From contig NC_003450.3 in assembly GCF_000011325.1 (NCBI RefSeq), positions 2,340,001-2,372,000 of the forward strand: DNA of 32,000 bases, in the 5' to 3' direction. The position numbers and the translations under genes are program-made. The notes under the pieces are model-generated. The model saw only the letters and a list, made by a program, of their open reading frames with translations. It was not told the DNA's origin and searched no databases. Positions 8,830 to 16,863 of this stretch are shown piece after piece (position 1 is the stretch's first letter; the number at the start of each line of letters is the position of its first letter). Source of the DNA: Corynebacterium glutamicum ATCC 13032 (GTDB lineage: Bacteria; Actinomycetota; Actinomycetes; Mycobacteriales; Mycobacteriaceae).

Positions 8830-10263
8830 GTGGCGTTTGAAACCCCGGAAGAAATTGTCAAGTTCATCAAGGATGAAAACGTCGAGTTCGTTGACGTTCG
8901 ATTCACCGACCTTCCCGGCACCGAGCAGCACTTCAGCATCCCAGCTGCCAGCTTCGATGCAGATACAATCGAAGAAGGTCTCGCATTCGACGGATCCTCG
9001 ATCCGTGGCTTCACCACGATCGACGAATCTGACATGAATCTCCTGCCAGACCTCGGAACGGCCACCCTTGATCCATTCCGCAAGGCAAAGACCCTGAACG
9101 TTAAGTTCTTCGTTCACGATCCTTTCACCCGCGAGGCATTCTCCCGCGACCCACGCAACGTGGCACGCAAGGCAGAGCAGTACCTGGCATCCACCGGCAT
9201 TGCAGACACCTGCAACTTCGGCGCCGAGGCTGAGTTCTACCTCTTCGACTCCGTTCGCTACTCCACCGAGATGAACTCCGGCTTCTACGAAGTAGATACC
9301 GAAGAAGGCTGGTGGAACCGTGGCAAGGAAACCAACCTCGACGGCACCCCAAACCTGGGCGCAAAGAACCGCGTCAAGGGTGGCTACTTCCCAGTAGCAC
9401 CATACGACCAAACCGTTGACGTGCGCGATGACATGGTTCGCAACCTCGCAGCTTCCGGCTTCGCTCTTGAGCGTTTCCACCACGAAGTCGGTGGCGGACA
9501 GCAGGAAATCAACTACCGCTTCAACACCATGCTCCACGCGGCAGATGATATCCAGACCTTCAAGTACATCATCAAGAACACCGCTCGCCTCCACGGCAAG
9601 GCTGCAACCTTCATGCCTAAGCCACTGGCTGGCGACAACGGTTCCGGCATGCACGCTCACCAGTCCCTCTGGAAGGACGGCAAGCCACTCTTCCACGATG
9701 AGTCCGGCTACGCAGGCCTGTCCGACATCGCCCGCTACTACATCGGCGGCATCCTGCACCACGCAGGCGCTGTTCTGGCGTTCACCAACGCAACCCTGAA
9801 CTCCTACCACCGTCTGGTTCCAGGCTTCGAGGCTCCAATCAACCTGGTGTACTCACAGCGCAACCGTTCCGCTGCTGTCCGTATCCCAATCACCGGATCC
9901 AACCCGAAGGCAAAGCGCATCGAATTCCGCGCTCCAGACCCATCAGGCAACCCATACCTGGGCTTTGCAGCGATGATGATGGCCGGCCTCGACGGCATCA
10001 AGAACCGCATCGAGCCACACGCTCCAGTGGACAAGGACCTCTACGAACTACCACCAGAGGAAGCTGCATCCATTCCACAGGCACCAACCTCCCTGGAAGC
10101 ATCCCTGAAGGCACTGCAGGAAGACACCGACTTCCTCACCGAGTCTGACGTCTTCACCGAGGATCTCATCGAGGCGTACATCCAGTACAAGTACGACAAC
10201 GAGATCTCCCCAGTTCGCCTGCGCCCAACCCCGCAGGAATTCGAATTGTACTTCGACTGCTAA
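8830..10263 (+). CDS. glnA: Glutamine synthetase type I
   Basis: 477 aa with a GTG start preceded by GAGGAG. GS-I motifs are present ([28 protein letters not shown]), as is the adenylylation-loop Tyr in [10 protein letters not shown]. Confidence 0.96.
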   Translation: MAFETPEEIVKFIKDENVEFVDVRFTDLPGTEQHFSIPAASFDADTIEEGLAFDGSSIRGFTTIDESDMNLLPDLGTATLDPFRKAKTLNVKFFVHDPFTREAFSRDPRNVARKAEQYLASTGIADTCNFGAEAEFYLFDSVRYSTEMNSGFYEVDTEEGWWNRGKETNLDGTPNLGAKNRVKGGYFPVAPYDQTVDVRDDMVRNLAASGFALERFHHEVGGGQQEINYRFNTMLHAADDIQTFKYIIKNTARLHGKAATFMPKPLAGDNGSGMHAHQSLWKDGKPLFHDESGYAGLSDIARYYIGGILHHAGAVLAFTNATLNSYHRLVPGFEAPINLVYSQRNRSAAVRIPITGSNPKAKRIEFRAPDPSGNPYLGFAAMMMAGLDGIKNRIEPHAPVDKDLYELPPEEAASIPQAPTSLEASLKALQEDTDFLTESDVFTEDLIEAYIQYKYDNEISPVRLRPTPQEFELYFDC

Positions 10264-10285
10264 TTCACTTAGCTAGCCGATAGCG

Positions 10286-10331
10286 GAAACCCCCTGAAAT
10301 TCTTCATTGAATTTCAGGGGGTTTCTTTTTT
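10286..10331 (+). terminator. Rho-independent terminator of glnA
   Basis: A perfect 16-bp stem, GAAACCCCCTGAAATT paired with AATTTCAGGGGGTTTC, followed by TTTTTT. Confidence 0.92.
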
Positions 10332-10348
10332 ACATTCCACCTAAAAGG

Positions 10349-10388
10349 AAAGCGCCGGATCCTCCATCATGGTGGATCCGGCGCTTTT
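10349..10388. terminator. Bidirectional terminator hairpin
   Basis: AAAGCGCCGGATCC pairs with GGATCCGGCGCTTT, with T-rich sequence on both strands. It sits between glnA (+) and the small minus-strand ORF. Confidence 0.75.
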
Positions 10389-10405
10389 ATTTATTAGTTT
10401 TTGGG

Positions 10406-10573
10406 CTAGATGCCGATCAGTTCAGATGCAACTACATCGGACAGTGAGACGGTTCCGTGTGGTTCGCCACGGAACAGGAGAAGGTGATCAGCGTTGATAA
10501 TTACTTCCAACTGGCGTTCCAGGGTGAATGTCTCCCAGACCTTCATTTCATTTGGGCGAATTCGTAATCCCAT
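10406..10573 (-). CDS. Small hypothetical protein (55 aa)
   Basis: The internal ATG at 10573 is preceded by a strong RBS (GAAAGGAGAAGGAA). I recognise no domain (MGLRIRPNEMKVWETFTLERQLEV...). Confidence 0.5.
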   Translation of the reverse strand: MGLRIRPNEMKVWETFTLERQLEVIINADHLLLFRGEPHGTVSLSDVVASELIGI

Positions 10574-10821
10574 TTCCTTCTCCTTTCGAAACTGTTTCGA
10601 ACCAAAAAGTTTGTGGTTCAAATCACTTTATTTGTTTCTTGCGTTACACATCATCTTAGGGGGTAGTTTCCTAAATAACTAAGCGAGGGGCGCAAATCAC
10701 TACATATCAACCCCGAAAAATACCCCTGATCAGGTGAGATGTGAGGGTTTGCTCATGTTTCAAACCCAAATCGCACAAACAAAAACAAACATAACGGGGG
10801 TACTGTTTCCTTTTCGATAGC

Positions 10822-10867
10822 AAAAAAGCCACCCTCAATCCGAACAACATCGGATCGAAAGTGGCTT
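10822..10867 (-). terminator. Rho-independent terminator of the cupin/Nudix operon
   Basis: The minus strand reads AAGCCAC..ATCCGA-TGTTGT-TCGGAT..GTGGCTTTTTTG, a nested stem followed by a U-tract. Confidence 0.7.
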
Positions 10868-10892
10868 GGAAAGACGTGAAACACTAGAAGTG

Positions 10893-10906
10893 GACGTCGA
10901 AAAGCA
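10893..10906 (+). repeat. Copy of the RCGTCGAAAAGCR motif (GACGTCGAAAAGCA)
   Basis: Exact 11-mer at 10895-10905, 5 nt beyond the cupin stop codon, between that stop and its terminator. Confidence 0.9.
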
Positions 10907-10909
10907 TTT

Positions 10910-11311
10910 TTATCTTTGTAGCTCCGCGCTCACGCTGCGGTAGTGCTCCTCGTCGACCGGCTCCTCCCAATCGACGGTCTCGCCGTCGATGCCTTTGAGG
11001 TTAACCACCACGTGGAACATCGGTGCACCAGACACGGCGCCGTGCCAGTGGCGAACCCCGGCGGCTGCGAAAACAACATCGCCAGGCTCCAGGAGTCGAG
11101 CAGGCTCCCCCTCCGCCTCATAAATGCCCAAGCCCGACAGCACAATTATGTTTTGACCGACTGGGTGAGTGTGCCAATTGGTGCGACCGCCTGCCTCAAA
11201 AGACACGTTCACAGTCTCAATCTGCACGTTGTCATCAAGCTTGGCCATATGGACCTCGCCAGAAAACCACTGTGCAGGCGCTGGATTACCTAACGGAAAT
11301 TCAATACTCAT
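10910..11311 (-). CDS. Cupin-domain protein
   Basis: 133 aa with a cupin metal-site pattern (NWHTHPVGQ...GDVVFAAAGVRHWHG). Confidence 0.8.
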   Translation of the reverse strand: MSIEFPLGNPAPAQWFSGEVHMAKLDDNVQIETVNVSFEAGGRTNWHTHPVGQNIIVLSGLGIYEAEGEPARLLEPGDVVFAAAGVRHWHGAVSGAPMFHVVVNLKGIDGETVDWEEPVDEEHYRSVSAELQR

Positions 11312-11844
11312 CGTGCATTCCTTTTCTCATATCCCATGCGGGGCTTATAACCTTGCGGATGCTTCAACTGTGCCACCGCATCAGCGATGACCATGCGGAA
11401 ACGCTGATTAGTGACAGGCATCTTAGAAATCGGGAACCATGCAACATCCACGTTCTCGTCATCGCCGACGTGAGGCTCATCGGAATCACCAGAAACAACG
11501 CAACGCATGGTCGTATCCATGTAGCTCGCCACATCACCATTTTGATAGGTCACAGGCCCCACCGCGCCCACGCCAAGCAACGCCTCAACGCTGACATCAA
11601 GGCCGGTTTCCTCCTTGACTTCACGCACCGCAGTCACATGAGGCTGCTCATCCGGATCACAAATACCGGTCGGTGGAGTCCACTCACCAGTATCAGCGCG
11701 CTTGACCAACAACACATCCGGAACCACATGGAAAGGAGACCCCGGAGGAACATCACGAATAACAACCGCAGTTACAGCCGGCAACCACAACGGATCCTGA
11801 CCGACCTTCTCCCGCAAACTAACAATGAACTCTGGAACCGCCAT
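11308..11844 (-). CDS. NUDIX hydrolase
   Basis: Nudix box GICDPDEQPHVTAVREVKEETGL. The start is taken at ATG 11844 (MAVPEFIVSL...). The stop overlaps the cupin start in an ATGA arrangement at 11308-11311. Confidence 0.8.
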   Translation of the reverse strand: MAVPEFIVSLREKVGQDPLWLPAVTAVVIRDVPPGSPFHVVPDVLLVKRADTGEWTPPTGICDPDEQPHVTAVREVKEETGLDVSVEALLGVGAVGPVTYQNGDVASYMDTTMRCVVSGDSDEPHVGDDENVDVAWFPISKMPVTNQRFRMVIADAVAQLKHPQGYKPRMGYEKRNAR

Positions 11845-11923
11845 GCAGCAAAACCTCTCCAATTGGTAATCTTTGACTCCCAGGTTACGCCAGCCCTGCG
11901 ACACCACCATCTAGGGTTAGAGT

Positions 11924-12832
11924 ATGGCCTTCAACAAAGCGTACGATGCACTTCGCGCCCCTCAAATCACCCTCGGACTCATGACACCAAACGGCCCTGA
12001 ACTAGGGCGCAGTGAAATGGTTCCAACCGAAAATAGCATCGAACTAGCCATACAAGCAGAAGCTCAAGGATTCAGAGGCATGTGGGTTCGAGACGTTCCA
12101 CTCGCAGTTCCTCAAGGAATCACTGTTACCGATAAACAGGCTACGTATTTAGATGATCCATTCTTAATGCTCGGTGCGATGGCCTCTGTGACCTCTACAA
12201 TCGCGCTGGGCACTGCAGCGACCGTGCTTCCACTCAGACATCCGCTACATGTGGCGAAATCCGCGCTCACCCTTGATCGACTCAGCCACGGACGTTTCGT
12301 TTTAGGCATCGGCTCTGGCGACAGGCCTGAAGAATTCGAGATTTTTGGCAAAAGCTTAGACAATCGACGCGCTGATATTCAGTCTGGGTGGGCAATTTTG
12401 CGTGCAGCTTTGTCGCCGGATCCTGCGATGCGGGCCGACCTTGAATTTGCGCCAACCACGCCACCTGAAGCTCAGATCCCCATGATCGCTGTAGGTTCTG
12501 CCCGACAAACAGTGCAATGGATCGCCCGAAACGCCGACGGATGGGCAACCTACTACCGCCCCGCTGAAGCTCAAGTCGGACGCCTCGATCTCTGGGACAA
12601 AGCCCGTGGTGGCACCCGCCCCTTGTTGATTTCCTCCATGGGGCTCAACCTCACCGAAGGAAACACCCACAAAGAAATCACTCTGGGCGTAGAGGTAGGC
12701 AGCCAGGAACTCATCGAACACCTCCACCGCCTTTCGGAACTTGGCATCGACCACGTCATCTTCAACATCCAGCGCCGACCAGCAAGCGAAGTACTGACCC
12801 AGATTTACGAAGAAGTGCTCCCCCACCTCTAA
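11924..12832 (+). CDS. Luciferase-like (LLM-class) flavin-dependent oxidoreductase
   Basis: 302 aa with TIM-barrel LLM features (FRGMWVRD, LDRLSHGRFVLGIGSGDRPEEF). Confidence 0.75.
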   Translation: MAFNKAYDALRAPQITLGLMTPNGPELGRSEMVPTENSIELAIQAEAQGFRGMWVRDVPLAVPQGITVTDKQATYLDDPFLMLGAMASVTSTIALGTAATVLPLRHPLHVAKSALTLDRLSHGRFVLGIGSGDRPEEFEIFGKSLDNRRADIQSGWAILRAALSPDPAMRADLEFAPTTPPEAQIPMIAVGSARQTVQWIARNADGWATYYRPAEAQVGRLDLWDKARGGTRPLLISSMGLNLTEGNTHKEITLGVEVGSQELIEHLHRLSELGIDHVIFNIQRRPASEVLTQIYEEVLPHL

Positions 12833-12833
12833 A

Positions 12834-13229
12834 ATGCCTGTTCCGGCACTTCCCTTCGGGGAAACAGCTATGGTTGGCCACATGTCGAATGATCACCCAT
12901 ACTCCCCCGCAAAACGCGTCGGAAATTTCATCTTCGTCTCCGGCGCTCTTTCAGTAGACAAGGACTACCAACCAGTCGTCGGTCGTAAAGAAGCAGTTGA
13001 TGCAGCACTTGAACGCATGCGTGAACGCCTCGCCACCGCTGGTGGTGAACTCAAAGACGTTGTGAAACTCACTTACTTTGTCACCGACATCAGCCTGCGC
13101 GAAGAATGCAACGAGCAATTCCGAGAGCATTTCCTCGAAGGCCGCCCGGCACGCTCTTTCGTGGGTGCATCATCGCTTCCTTATGGTGCAACTGTGGAAA
13201 TTGATGCGATTGCGATGATCGAGGACTAA
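12834..13229 (+). CDS. RidA/YjgF/L-PSP family protein
   Basis: SPAKRVGNFIFVSGAL...VKLTYFVTD...PARSFVGASSLPYGATVEIDAIA is typical of RidA. The start is ambiguous among ATG 12834, 12870 and 12882. The ORF begins 1 nt after the upstream stop. Confidence 0.8.
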   Translation: MPVPALPFGETAMVGHMSNDHPYSPAKRVGNFIFVSGALSVDKDYQPVVGRKEAVDAALERMRERLATAGGELKDVVKLTYFVTDISLREECNEQFREHFLEGRPARSFVGASSLPYGATVEIDAIAMIED

Positions 13230-13340
13230 CCAGAGCATTTTTCGCACGACTCGGACCGGGGAATCAAATATTCTGGGGTCGCAGACACTTCCATTTGGCG
13301 CGATCTGTGTCGTTCAAGGGACTCGCTCGCACCGACAAGA

Positions 13341-13407
13341 GGGAAACCAGACAGGCGTGACAAAACTTCAGGTTTTTAGCCAATCTTGTCACGCCTGTCT
13401 GGTTCCC
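13341..13407. repeat. Long inverted repeat (22-bp stem, 22-nt loop)
   Basis: GGGAAACCAGACAGGCGTGACAA (13341-13363) against TTGTCACGCCTGTCTGGTTCCC (13386-13407). The arms are complementary except for one extra A. No flanking U-tract on either strand. Confidence 0.85.
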
Positions 13408-13544
13408 ATCAGTTCAGCGGAAATTCGACCTCCAACTCCGAAAAACTTGCCCTCCCAGAATCGCTTCTAACGGCTTGACTGTGACCCCTCCATGTCAAAC
13501 ACCCGTTCTAAGAATTGGAGGCCTTAAAACGCCACTCAATGCGA

Positions 13545-13584
13545 AAGGCCTGGTTCCATCCCATAAAGAGAGGAATCAGGCCTT
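13545..13584 (-). terminator. Hairpin downstream of thrC (no clear U-tract)
   Basis: AAGGCCTGGTTCC (13545-13557) pairs with GGAATCAGGCCTT (13572-13584) at 12 of 13 positions. It lies 14 nt beyond the thrC stop. Confidence 0.5.
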
Positions 13585-13597
13585 GGCGTAAAGCAAG

Positions 13598-15043
13598 TTA
13601 CTTCACGGAAGTGTTTGCAATCGCATCGACTATGTACTGCTTAACTGCATCGGTGTCGTTTGGTAGGTCGGAAACCTTGAATGGAGCATCCATGATCGCG
13701 GCGAAACGCTCTGGAGTTTGAGGTGCTTCACCAATTGCTTCGACGATGGTGTCGGCAAATTTCACTGGGAGTGCAGTTTCTAGGACGATGATTGGGGTGT
13801 TGACCTCGTCCCTCCACTGGCGTGCCACGTGAACGCCGTCGGCGGTGTGGGGATCGATTAGTACGTCGAGGCGGGAATGCACGTCAGCGATGGTTGCCAC
13901 ACGGTCAGCATGGGTGGATCGTCCGGAGGCGAAACCGTATTCTGCTGCAGCCTTCTCAAAGTTGGCGTCATCAGCCAGTGAGAATCCGCCTTGGCGAACC
14001 TGGGTACCAAATAGATCGTTGACGCGGGTGGCGTCGCGGCCGAGCAGGTCGAAGATGAAACGCTCGAAGTTGGAGGCGCGGGAGATATCCATCGAAGGTG
14101 AGGAGGTCTCGTGGGTGTCTGCGGAGCTGCGGACTCGGTAGTCGCCGGTACGGAAGAACTCGTCGAGCACATCGTTTTCGTTGGTGGCCACGATGAGGCG
14201 ATCGATGGGAAGTCCCATTTGGCGGGCGATGTGGCCTGCGCAAATGTCACCGAAGTTGCCGGTTGGTACGGAGAAGCTGACCTTTTGGTCATTGCTGGTT
14301 GTGGTGCGGATCCATGAGGAAACGTAGTACACAACCTGTGCCATAAGGCGTGCCCAGTTGATGGAGTTCACGGCACCGATGCGGTTGTCTTTTTTGAATT
14401 CTGCGTCGGCGGAGACAGCCTTGACTACGTCTTGGCAATCGTCGAAAACGCCGTCGAGGGCGATGTTGAAGATGTTTGGATCGTCAAGGCCAAACATCTG
14501 TGCTTGCTGGAATGGGGTCATGCGGCCAGCTGGGGTCAGCATGAATACGCGGATTCCCTCGCGGCCGCGCATGGCGTATTCCGCAGAGGAGCCGGTATCG
14601 CCAGAGGTAGCGCCCAGGATGTTGATGGTTTCGTTGCGGCGGCGAAGCTCGTATTCGAAAAGTTCGCCGAGCAGCTGCATGGCCATGTCTTTGAATGCAG
14701 CGGTTGGGCCTTCGGAAAGGTGGCCCAGGTAAATGTTGTCCTCGAGTTCGGTGACAGGAACGATGTCTTCGCTGTTGAACTTCGGGTAGGTGTAGGCGCG
14801 TGCGGTGATCGCCTTGATGTCTTCTACTGGGATGTCATCAACAAACAGGGAGATAACTTCAGCAGCCAAAGCTGCGTATCCTTCGTTGGCTAATACCTCA
14901 CGCCATTTACTCAGCTGGGCATCATCTAGTTGAGGGTAGGTTGCAGGCAGGTACAGGCCGCCGTCTGGTGCTAGACCGCCCAGCAAAATATCACTGAAGC
15001 GGGCAGGGGTACGGCTGGCATCACGCGTCGAAATGTAGTCCAC
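13598..15043 (-). CDS. thrC: Threonine synthase
   Basis: The ORF track gives 13598-15085. The GTG at 15043 (VDYISTRDAS...) gives 481 aa, the length I recall for corynebacterial ThrC. The PLP-lysine region reads GPTAAFKDMAMQ. Confidence 0.93.
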   Translation of the reverse strand: MDYISTRDASRTPARFSDILLGGLAPDGGLYLPATYPQLDDAQLSKWREVLANEGYAALAAEVISLFVDDIPVEDIKAITARAYTYPKFNSEDIVPVTELEDNIYLGHLSEGPTAAFKDMAMQLLGELFEYELRRRNETINILGATSGDTGSSAEYAMRGREGIRVFMLTPAGRMTPFQQAQMFGLDDPNIFNIALDGVFDDCQDVVKAVSADAEFKKDNRIGAVNSINWARLMAQVVYYVSSWIRTTTSNDQKVSFSVPTGNFGDICAGHIARQMGLPIDRLIVATNENDVLDEFFRTGDYRVRSSADTHETSSPSMDISRASNFERFIFDLLGRDATRVNDLFGTQVRQGGFSLADDANFEKAAAEYGFASGRSTHADRVATIADVHSRLDVLIDPHTADGVHVARQWRDEVNTPIIVLETALPVKFADTIVEAIGEAPQTPERFAAIMDAPFKVSDLPNDTDAVKQYIVDAIANTSVK

Positions 15044-15183
15044 GGATATAACCCTATCCCAAGGGGTGACACAATACTCCCCCACACCGTCTCAAATATG
15101 TTGAAAAAGGTGACTTCGCCCACGCGATACCCTAAAGTGTTGCTGATCACTTTCAATTGTCGGTTTTAGGATGTGCTTTAAAG

Positions 15184-15402
15184 ATGACAGCTCCCGATTA
15201 CCCCAGCTTCTCGAAACTCGAGGACAACAACAAGAAGAATCTCACCGCAGTTGAAATCCTTAATCCAGCGCCGGTGTCCAAGTGGAACCTGTATGTTCTC
15301 ATTGGTTGTTCGGTGCTCGCGGTCGGGCTGGTGCTGCTCGGGCCGTGGCTTTACCCCTACGTTGAGGCACACATCGACGGTTTCTGGGCTCAATTCCAGT
15401 AG
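15184..15402 (+). CDS. Small single-TM hypothetical protein (72 aa)
   Basis: The ATG at 15184 lies 12 nt after AGGA. One hydrophobic helix is present (WNLYVLIGCSVLAVGLVLLGPWL). No homology recognised. Confidence 0.4.
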   Translation: MTAPDYPSFSKLEDNNKKNLTAVEILNPAPVSKWNLYVLIGCSVLAVGLVLLGPWLYPYVEAHIDGFWAQFQ

Positions 15403-15521
15403 GTCTCCATAACGGGTGATTTCATTCGGTCGATCGAACAATTATCTAAATGATCACACTTAGCCATGGATTGGGAATCAAAGTCCCATATTTTCCTGTA
15501 AGAGGGCTACCCTGATCCTCT

Positions 15522-16847
15522 GTGAAGAACAATGATCAACGGCCTTCGCCAAGACCGCATCCCAGAGAGAAAGTAACTACCCGCGCCCTCATAGTTTGGG
15601 CAGCAGCCTGTCTTGTGTATATGGCAGCCATTACCAGCCGCACCAGCTTTGGTGTGGCTGGAGTGGAGGCCATTGATCGTTTTCAGGTAGACGCCACACG
15701 CATTGCAGTATTCACTTCTGTTCAGGTTGGTGTGTACGCGTTTGCTCAGATTCCGATGGGCATTTTGATCGATAAGTTTGGTCCTCGGAAGCTCCTTGCC
15801 ATTGGTGCTTTGGTGATGGGTATCGGCCAGCTCATTTTGGGCTTTACGGATAGCTATTCCATCGCGATTATTGCCCGCGTGTTTATCGGCGCCGGCGATG
15901 CATCGATCTTCCTTTCGGTTATGCGCATCCTGCCGTTTTGGTTCCCACTGAAGCACACCCCTATTTTCACGCAGTTAACTACCTGCCTTGGCCAGTTGGG
16001 CCAGTTCTTTTCTGCGGTGCCTTTCATGGCGTTGTTGGGTGCGCAGGGTTGGCCTGTGGCGTTTGTCAGCCTTGGTTCCGTGGTGGCACTCATTGCGATC
16101 GCAGCGCTGGTGGCCGTTCGGGATACTCCAGATCCTCAGCCAAAACCTGTCGAATCAGCTCAGGAAGCAGATAAACCAAGCCTGCGCGCGAGTTTGAAGT
16201 TGATTGTCCGCAATCCGATTACGTGGCAGGGTTTCTTCATTCACTACGTATTGATGGTGTGGCAGACCGTGTTCTCCATGATGTGGGGCGTCCCGCTGAT
16301 GACTTTGGGCATGGGACTGTCTGCAACGACGGCTGGTTTGGTGTTGAGCATCAACACGCTGTGCATGGTGGTATCGGCGCCAATCATCGGAATAATTTCC
16401 GCACGCCTTGGGTATCGCCGTGACGTGGTCGCCATTGCGCTGTCGTTTGTTCAATCCGCAGTATGGCTGGTGTTCTTGGCCTCCGATGCACCTCGTGGTT
16501 TGATGGCTATCATCTTGGTCAACATCGTCATGGGTCTGACTACTGCGGCTTCTGGTTATGGCTTTGACACCATTCGTGAGCGCCTAGATCGCAAGATTTT
16601 GGCTGCGGGCACGGGACTGGCAAACATGGGTGGATTCTTGTCATCGATGGTTGCAGCGCAGGTTATGGGGTTCCTTCTTGATCACAGCGCGCATGGTAGC
16701 ACCTATACTTGGGTGGACTTCCGTTTTGGTTTCCTTGCGATTCTTGTCACATGGGCCGTCGGAGTCACGGGATTTGTTGTAGCCCGACTCAAGGGTGGAC
16801 CGGGCCGCAGATTACTCGCCCAGATTAGGTCTACCAAGGACTTTTAA
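15522..16847 (+). CDS. MFS transporter (intact copy of a tandem pair)
   Basis: 441 aa with a GTG start and about 12 hydrophobic segments. The MFS loop motif reads GILIDKFGPRKLL. Confidence 0.85.
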   Translation: MKNNDQRPSPRPHPREKVTTRALIVWAAACLVYMAAITSRTSFGVAGVEAIDRFQVDATRIAVFTSVQVGVYAFAQIPMGILIDKFGPRKLLAIGALVMGIGQLILGFTDSYSIAIIARVFIGAGDASIFLSVMRILPFWFPLKHTPIFTQLTTCLGQLGQFFSAVPFMALLGAQGWPVAFVSLGSVVALIAIAALVAVRDTPDPQPKPVESAQEADKPSLRASLKLIVRNPITWQGFFIHYVLMVWQTVFSMMWGVPLMTLGMGLSATTAGLVLSINTLCMVVSAPIIGIISARLGYRRDVVAIALSFVQSAVWLVFLASDAPRGLMAIILVNIVMGLTTAASGYGFDTIRERLDRKILAAGTGLANMGGFLSSMVAAQVMGFLLDHSAHGSTYTWVDFRFGFLAILVTWAVGVTGFVVARLKGGPGRRLLAQIRSTKDF

Positions 16848-16863
16848 AGATCGGGTAAAACCT

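Noticed and set aside
8770-9810. 346-aa minus-strand ORF
   Set aside because: It lies entirely antisense to glnA, whose product has unmistakable GS-I motifs. Its translation is a Val/Gly/Ala-rich mirror-frame artefact of a GC-rich gene.
10725-10734. Perfect 10-bp palindrome CCTGATCAGG in the AT-rich spacer
   Set aside because: About 30 such 10-bp palindromes are expected by chance in 32 kb. It has no recurrence and matches no known motif.
11023-12000. 325-aa plus-strand ORF
   Set aside because: It lies antisense to the cupin and Nudix genes. Its product is an Arg/His/Pro-rich, low-information sequence with no motifs.
14440-14662. Near-miss motif copies CGTCGAAAACGC (14440-14451) and TCGAAAAG (14655-14662) in thrC, plus GATTTTCGCCGTCGCAACC (17651-17669), which resembles the 8604 palindrome at about 15 of 19 positions
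   Set aside because: All lie inside coding sequence and carry an indel or several mismatches. They are individually compatible with chance, so I did not count them among the six exact copies.
16795-16863. Upstream extension of the second MFS ORF overlapping the 3' end of the first
   Set aside because: Homology to the paralog begins only near GTG 16864 (VGVERGKVSAKALVVW...). The overlap is read-through of an open frame, not coding sequence.
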